A DNA stretch of 64,000 bases from Auanema rhodensis (Eukaryota > Animalia > Nematoda), in assembly GCA_964057225.1 (NCBI GenBank), contig OZ059898.1, positions 16,616,001 to 16,680,000 of the forward strand, read 5' to 3'. The notes under the pieces were generated by a model that searched no databases, was not told where the DNA came from, and was given only the letters and a program-made list of their open reading frames with translations. A program made the position numbers and the translations under genes. Of the stretch, positions 57,401 through 64,000 are shown piece after piece. Each line of letters begins with the position of its first letter. Position 1 is the stretch's first letter.

Positions 57401-60400
57401 AAACCGCATCTCTATATCTTTCACGTGAAGCGAGTTACATACCAAGTGCACATCACGTGTACATTTAATTAGCATAAATTAAAGTTCACGTAAATTACAA
57501 AGTCATGGTTACCATGAACCAATATCAATAAAAATTTGTTTTAAGACTAATATGGACATGAGGAATCTAATTTTGAAAACCGCATCTCTTTATCTTTCAC
57601 GTGAAGCGAGTTACATACCAAGTGCACATCACGTGTACATTTAATTAGCATAAATTAAAGTTCACGTAAATTTCAAAGTCATGGTTACCATGAACCAATA
57701 TCAATAAAAATTTGTTTTTAGACTAATATGGACATGGGGAATCTAATTTTGAAAACCGCATCTCTTTATCTTTCACGTGAAGCGAGTTACATACCAAGTG
57801 CACATCACGTGTACATTTAATTAGCATAAATTAAAGTTCACGTAAATTTCAAAGTCATGTTTACCATGAACCAATATCAATAAAAATTTGTTTTTAGACT
57901 AGGATGGACATGGGGAATCTAATTTTGAAAACCGCATCTCTTTATCTTTCACGTGAAGCGAGTTACATACCAAGTGCACATCACGTGTACATTTAATTAG
58001 CATAAATTAAAGTTCACGTAAATTTCAAAGTCATGGTTACCATGCACCAATATCAATAAAAATTTGTTTTTAGACTAATATGGACATGGGGAATCTAATT
58101 TTGAAAACCGCATCTCTTTATCTTTCACGTGAAGCGAGTTACATACCAAGTGCACATCACGTGTACATTTAATTAGCATAAATTAAAGTTCACGTAAATT
58201 TCAAAGTCATGGTTACCATGCACCAATATCAATAAAAATTTGTTTTTAGACTAATATGGACATGGGGAATCTAATTTTGAAAACCGCATCTCTTTATCTT
58301 TCACGTGAAGCGAGTTACATACCAAGTGCACATCACGTGTACATTTAATTAGCATAAATTAAAGTTCACGTAAATTTCAAAGTCATGGTTACCATGAACC
58401 AATATCAATAAGAATTTGTTTTTAAACTAATATGGACATGGGGAATCTAATTTTGAAAACCGCATCTCTTTATCTTTCACGTGAAGCGAGTTACATACCA
58501 AGTGCACATCACGTGTACATTTAATTAGCATAAATTAAAGTTCACGTAAATTTCAAAGTCATGGTTACCATGAACCAATATCAATAAAAATTTGTTTTTA
58601 GACTAATATGGACATGGGGAATCTAATTTTGAAAACCGCATCTCTTTATCTTTCACGTGAAGCGAGTTACATACCAAGTGCACATCACGTGTACATTTAA
58701 TTAGCATAAATTAAAGTTCACGTAAATTTCAAAGTCATGGTTACCATGCACCAATATCAATAAAAATTTGTTTTTAGACTAATATGGACATGGGGAATCT
58801 AATTTTGAAAACCGTATCTCTTTATCTTTCACGTGAAGCGAGTTACATACCAAGTACACATCACGTGTACATTTAATTAGCATAAATTAAAGTTCACGTA
58901 AATTTCAAAGTCATGGTTACCATGCACCAATATCAATAAAAATTTGTTTTTAGACTAATATGGACATGGGAAATCTAATTTTGAAAACCGCATCTCTTTA
59001 TCTTTCACGTGAAGCGAGTTACATACCAAGTGCACATCACGTGTACATTTAATTAGCATAAATTAAAGTTCACGTAAATTTCAAAGTCATGGTTACCATG
59101 AACCAATATCAATAAAAATTTGTTTTTAGACTAATATGGACATGGGGAATTTAATTTTGAAAACCGCATCTCTATATCTTTCACGTGAAGCGAGTTACAT
59201 ACCAAGTGCACATCACGTGTACATTTAATTAGCATAAATTAAAGTTCACGTAAATTACAAAGTCATGGTTACCATGAACCAATATCAATAAAAATTTGTT
59301 TTAAGACTAATATGGACATGAGGAATCTAATTTTGAAAACCGCATCTCTTTATCTTTCACGTGAAGCGAGTTACATACCAAGTGCACATCACGTGTACAT
59401 TTAATTAGCATAAATTAAAGTTCACGTAAATTTCAAAGTCATGGTTACCATGAACCAATATCAATAAAAATTTGTTTTTAGACTAATATGGACATGGGGA
59501 ATCTAATTTTGAAAACCGCATCTCTTTATCTTTCACGTGAAGCGAGTTACATACCAAGTGCACATCACGTGTACATTTAATTAGCATAAATTAAAGTTCA
59601 CGTAAATTTCAAAGTCATGTTTACCATGAACCAATATCAATAAAAATTTGTTTTTAGACTAGGATGGACATGGGGAATCTAATTTTGAAAACCGCATCTC
59701 TTTATCTTTCACGTGAAGCGAGTTACATACCAAGTGCACATCACGTGTACATTTAATTAGCATAAATTAAAGTTCACGTAAATTTCAAAGTCATGGTTAC
59801 CATGCACCAATATCAATAAAAATTTGTTTTTAGACTAATATGGACATGGGGAATCTAATTTTGAAAACCGCATCTCTTTATCTTTCACGTGAAGCGAGTT
59901 ACATACCAAGTGCACATCACGTGTACATTTAATTAGCATAAATTAAAGTTCACGTAAATTTCAAAGTCATGGTTACCATGAACCAATATCAATAAGAATT
60001 TGTTTTTAAACTAATATGGACATGGGGAATCTAATTTTGAAAACCGCATCTCTTTATCTTTCACGTGAAGCGAGTTACATACCAAGTGCACATCACGTGT
60101 ACATTTAATTAGCATAAATTAAAGTTCACGTAAATTTCAAAGTCATGGTTACCATGAACCAATATCAATAAAAATTTGTTTTTAGACTAGGATGGACATG
60201 GGGAATCTAATTTTGAAAACCGCATCTCTTTATCTTTCACGTGAAGCGAGTTACATACCAAGTACACATCACGTGTACATTTAATTAGCATAAATTAAAG
60301 TTCACGTAAATTTCAAAGTCATGGTTACCATGCACCAATATCAATAAAAATTTGTTTTTAGACTAATATGGACATGGGGAATCTAATTTTGAAAACCGCA

Positions 60401-63400
60401 TCTCTTTATCTTTCACGTGAAGCGAGTTACATACCAAGTGCACATCACGTGTACATTTAATTAGCATAAATTAAAGTTCACGTAAATTTCAAAGTCATGG
60501 TTACCATGAACCAATATCAATAAAAATTTGTTTTTAGACTAATATGGACATGGGGAATCTAATTTTGAAAACCGCATCTCTTTATCTTTCACGTGAAGCG
60601 AGTTACATACCAAGTGCACATCACGTGTACATTTAATTAGCATAAATTAAAGTTCACGTAAATTTCAAAGTCATGGTTACCATGAACCAATATCAACAAA
60701 AATTTGTTTTGAGACTAATATGGACATGGGGAATCTAATTTTGAAAACCGCATCTCTTTATCTTTCACGTGAAGCGAATTACATACCAAGTGCACATCAC
60801 GTTTACATTTAATTAGCATAAATTAAAGTTCACGTAAATTTCAAAGTCATGGTTACCATGAACCAATATCAATAAAAATTTGTTTTTAGACTAATATGGA
60901 CATGGGGAATCTAATTTTGAAAACCGCATCTCTTTATCTTTCACGTGAAGCGAGTTACATACCAAGTGCACATCACGTTTACATTTAATTAGCATAAATT
61001 AAAGTTCACGTAAATTTCAAAGTCATGGTTACCATGAACCAATATCAACAAAAATTTGTTTTGAGACTAATATGGACATGGGGAATCTAATTTTGAAAAC
61101 CGCATCTCTTTATCTTTCACGTGAAGCGAATTACATACCAAGTGCACATCACGTTTACATTTAATTAGCATAAATTAAAGTTCACGTAAATTTCAAAGTC
61201 ATGGTTACCATGAACCAATATCAATAAAAATTTGTTTTTAGACTAATATGGACATGGGGAATCTAATTTTGAAAACCGCATCTCTTTATCTTTCACGTGA
61301 AGCGAGTTACATACCAAGTGCACATCACGTTTACATTTAATTAGCATAAATTAAAGTTCACGTAAATTTCAAAGTCATGGTTACCATGAACCAATATCAA
61401 TAAAAATTTGTTTTTAGACTAATATGGACATGGGGAATCTAATTTTGAAAACCGCATCTCTTGATCTTTCACGTGAAGCGAGTTACATACCAAGTGCACA
61501 TCACGTGTACATTTAATTAGCATAAATTAAAGTTCACGTAAATTTCAAAGACATGGTTACCATGAACCAATATCAATAAAAATTTGTTTTTAGACTAGGA
61601 TGGACATGGGGAATCTAATTTTGAAAACCGCATCTCTTTATCTTTCACGTGAAGCGAGTTACATACCAAGTGCACATCACGTGTACATTTAATTAGCATA
61701 AATTAAAGTTCACGTAAATTTCAAAGTCATGGTTACCATGCACCAATATCAATAAAAATTTGTTTTTAGACTAATATGGACATGGGGAATCTAATTTTGA
61801 AAACCGCATCTCTTTATCTTTCACGTGAAGCGAGTTACATACCAAGTGCACATCACGTGTACATTTAATTAGCATAAATTAAAGTTCACGTAAATTTCAA
61901 AGTCATGGTTACCATGAACCAATATCAATAAGAATTTGTTTTTAAACTAATATGGACATGGGGAATCTAATTTTGAAAACCGCATCTCTTTATCTTTCAC
62001 GTGAAGCGAGTTACATACCAAGTGCACATCACGTGTACATTTAATTAGCATAAATTAAAGTTCACGTAAATTTCAAAGTCATGGTTACCATGAACCAATA
62101 TCAATAAAAATTTGTTTTTAGACTAGGATGGACATGGGGAATCTAATTTTGAAAACCGCATCTCTTTATCTTTCACGTGAAGCGAGTTACATACCAAGTG
62201 CACATCACGTGTACATTTAATTAGCATAAATTAAAGTTCACGTAAATTTCAAAGTCATGGTTACCATGAACCAATATCAATAAAAATTTGTTTTTAGACT
62301 AATATGGACATGGGGAATCTAATTTTGAAAACCGCATCTCTTGATCTTTCACGTGAAGCGAGTTACATACCAAGTGCACATCACGTGTACATTTAATTAG
62401 CATAAATTAAAGTTCACGTAAATTTCAAAGACATGGTTACCATGAACCAATATCAATAAAAATTTGTTTTTAGACTAGGATGGACATGGGGAATCTAATT
62501 TTGAAAACCGCATCTCTTTATCTTTCACGTGAAGCGAGTTACATACCAAGTGCACATCACGTGTACATTTAATTAGCATAAATTAAAGTTCACGTAAATT
62601 TCAAAGTCATGGTTACCATGCACCAATATCAATAAAAATTTGTTTTTAGACTAATATGGACATGGGGAATCTAATTTTGAAAACCGCATCTCTTTATCTT
62701 TCACGTGAAGCGAGTTACATACCAAGTGCACATCACGTGTACATTTAATTAGCATAAATTAAAGTTCACGTAAATTTCAAAGTCATGGTTACCATGAACC
62801 AATATCAATAAGAATTTGTTTTTAAACTAATATGGACATGGGGAATCTAATTTTGAAAACCGCATCTCTTTATCTTTCACGTGAAGCGAGTTACATACCA
62901 AGTGCACATCACGTGTACATTTAATTAGCATAAATTAAAGTTCACGTAAATTTCAAAGTCATGGTTACCATGAACCAATATCAATAAAAATTTGTTTTTA
63001 GACTAGGATGGACATGGGGAATCTAATTTTGAAAACCGCATCTCTTTATCTTTCACGTGAAGCGAGTTACATACCAAGTGCACATCACGTGTACATTTAA
63101 TTAGCATAAATTAAAGTTCACGTAAATTTCAAAGTCATGGTTACCATGAACCAATATCAATAAAAATTTGTTTTTAGACTAATATGGACATGGGGAATCT
63201 AATTTTGAAAACCGCATCTCTTTATCTTTCACGTGAAGCGAGTTACATACCAAGTGCACATCACGTGTACATTTAATTAGCATAAATTAAAGTTCACGTA
63301 AATTTCAAAGTCATGTTTACCATGAACCAATATCAATAAAAATTTGTTTTTAGACTAGGATGGACATGGGGAATCTAATTTTGAAAACCGCATCTCTTTA

Positions 63401-63957
63401 TCTTTCACGTGAAGCGAGTTACATACCAAGTGCACATCACGTGTACATTTAATTAGCATAAATTAAAGTTCACGTAAATTTCAAAGTCATGGTTACCATG
63501 AACCAATATCAATAAAAATTTGTTTTTAAACTAATATGGACATGGGGAATCTAATTTTGAAAACCGCATCTCTTTATCTTTCACGTGAAGCGAGTTACAT
63601 ACCAAGTGCACATCACGTGTACATTTAATTAGCATAAATTAAAGTTCACGTAAATTTCAAAGTCATGGTTACCATGAACCAATATCAATAAAAATTTGTT
63701 TTTAGACTAATATGGACATGGGGAATCTAATTTTGAAAACCGCATCTCTTTATCTTTCACGTGAAGCGAGTTACATACCAAGTGCACATCACGTGTACAT
63801 TTAATTAGCATAAATTAAAGTTCACGTAAATTTCAAAGTCATGGTTACCATGAACCAATATCAATAAAAATATGTTTTTAGACTAATATGGACATGGGGA
63901 ATCTAATTTCGAAAACCGCATCTCTTTATCTTTCACGTGAAGCGAGTTACATACCAA
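51462..63957. repeat. Long-range duplication 51462-54277 = 60262-63957 (offset 8800, then 9680 after a nested 880-bp tandem duplication)
   Basis: Monomer-by-monomer variant match. The second copy repeats the T146G | T58A+CTAGGA | A72C | AATAAGA+G100A | CTAGGA series twice, and both copies end in the TTTCGAAA monomer. Confidence 0.9.
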
Positions 63958-64000
63958 GTGCACATCACGTGTACATTTAATTAGCATAAATTAAAGTTCA

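Larger units (their letters stand above)
1..64000. repeat. 176-bp tandem satellite DNA array (363 full monomers + 43 bp), putatively centromeric/heterochromatic; runs off both window ends
   Basis: Consensus GTGCACATCACGTGTACATTTAATTAGCATAAATTAAAGTTCACGTAAATTTCAAAGTCATGGTTACCATGAACCAATATCAATAAAAATTTGTTTTTAGACTAATATGGACATGGGGAATCTAATTTTGAAAACCGCATCTCTTTATCTTTCACGTGAAGCGAGTTACATACCAA recurs at 1, 177, 353 ... 881 ... 63958. 56/176 bases are G+C. The repeat is seen directly; the centromeric role is inferred only from size and homogeneity. Confidence 0.99.

Noticed and set aside
1-64000. CRISPR array or other repeat-spacer system
   Set aside because: There are no unique spacers; the sequence between the palindromes is as conserved as the palindromes, and there are no cas or other genes.
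1-64000. Transposon insertion or inversion hidden in the array
   Set aside because: Monomer phase is fully explained by 363x176 plus 13 small indels (+69 bp), leaving no room for inserted sequence, and I saw no reverse-orientation monomers.

Overview
The whole 64-kb window is one uninterrupted head-to-tail satellite DNA array. It has 363 complete monomers plus a 43-bp partial one, a consensus of 176 bp and about 32% GC, and all monomers lie on the same strand. I found no genes, RNA genes, transposon insertions, inversions or CRISPR arrays, and no protein-coding system. The three listed 60-aa ORFs are single-base loss-of-stop variants of the monomer. Most monomers differ from consensus by 0-4 substitutions. 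Thirteen are length variants (4x193, 2x180, 7x175 bp), and their net +69 bp exactly accounts for the phase of the last monomer (63957 = 363x176 + 69). Monomer size, AT-richness and homogeneity fit a eukaryotic centromeric or heterochromatic satellite (inference); I cannot name the species or family. The informative signal is in the variants: (i) irregular, nested multi-monomer duplications with no fixed higher-order period; (ii) a central ~29-42 kb layer with its own variants, flanked on both sides by a shared older cassette; (iii) a divergent ~2-monomer island at the junction of a 2-kb tandem duplication; (iv) a palindrome- and E-box-rich monomer in which several variants look locally templated. 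Notation such as A72C gives the position within the 176-bp monomer, where position 1 is the first G of GTGCAC. All comparisons were made by eye.
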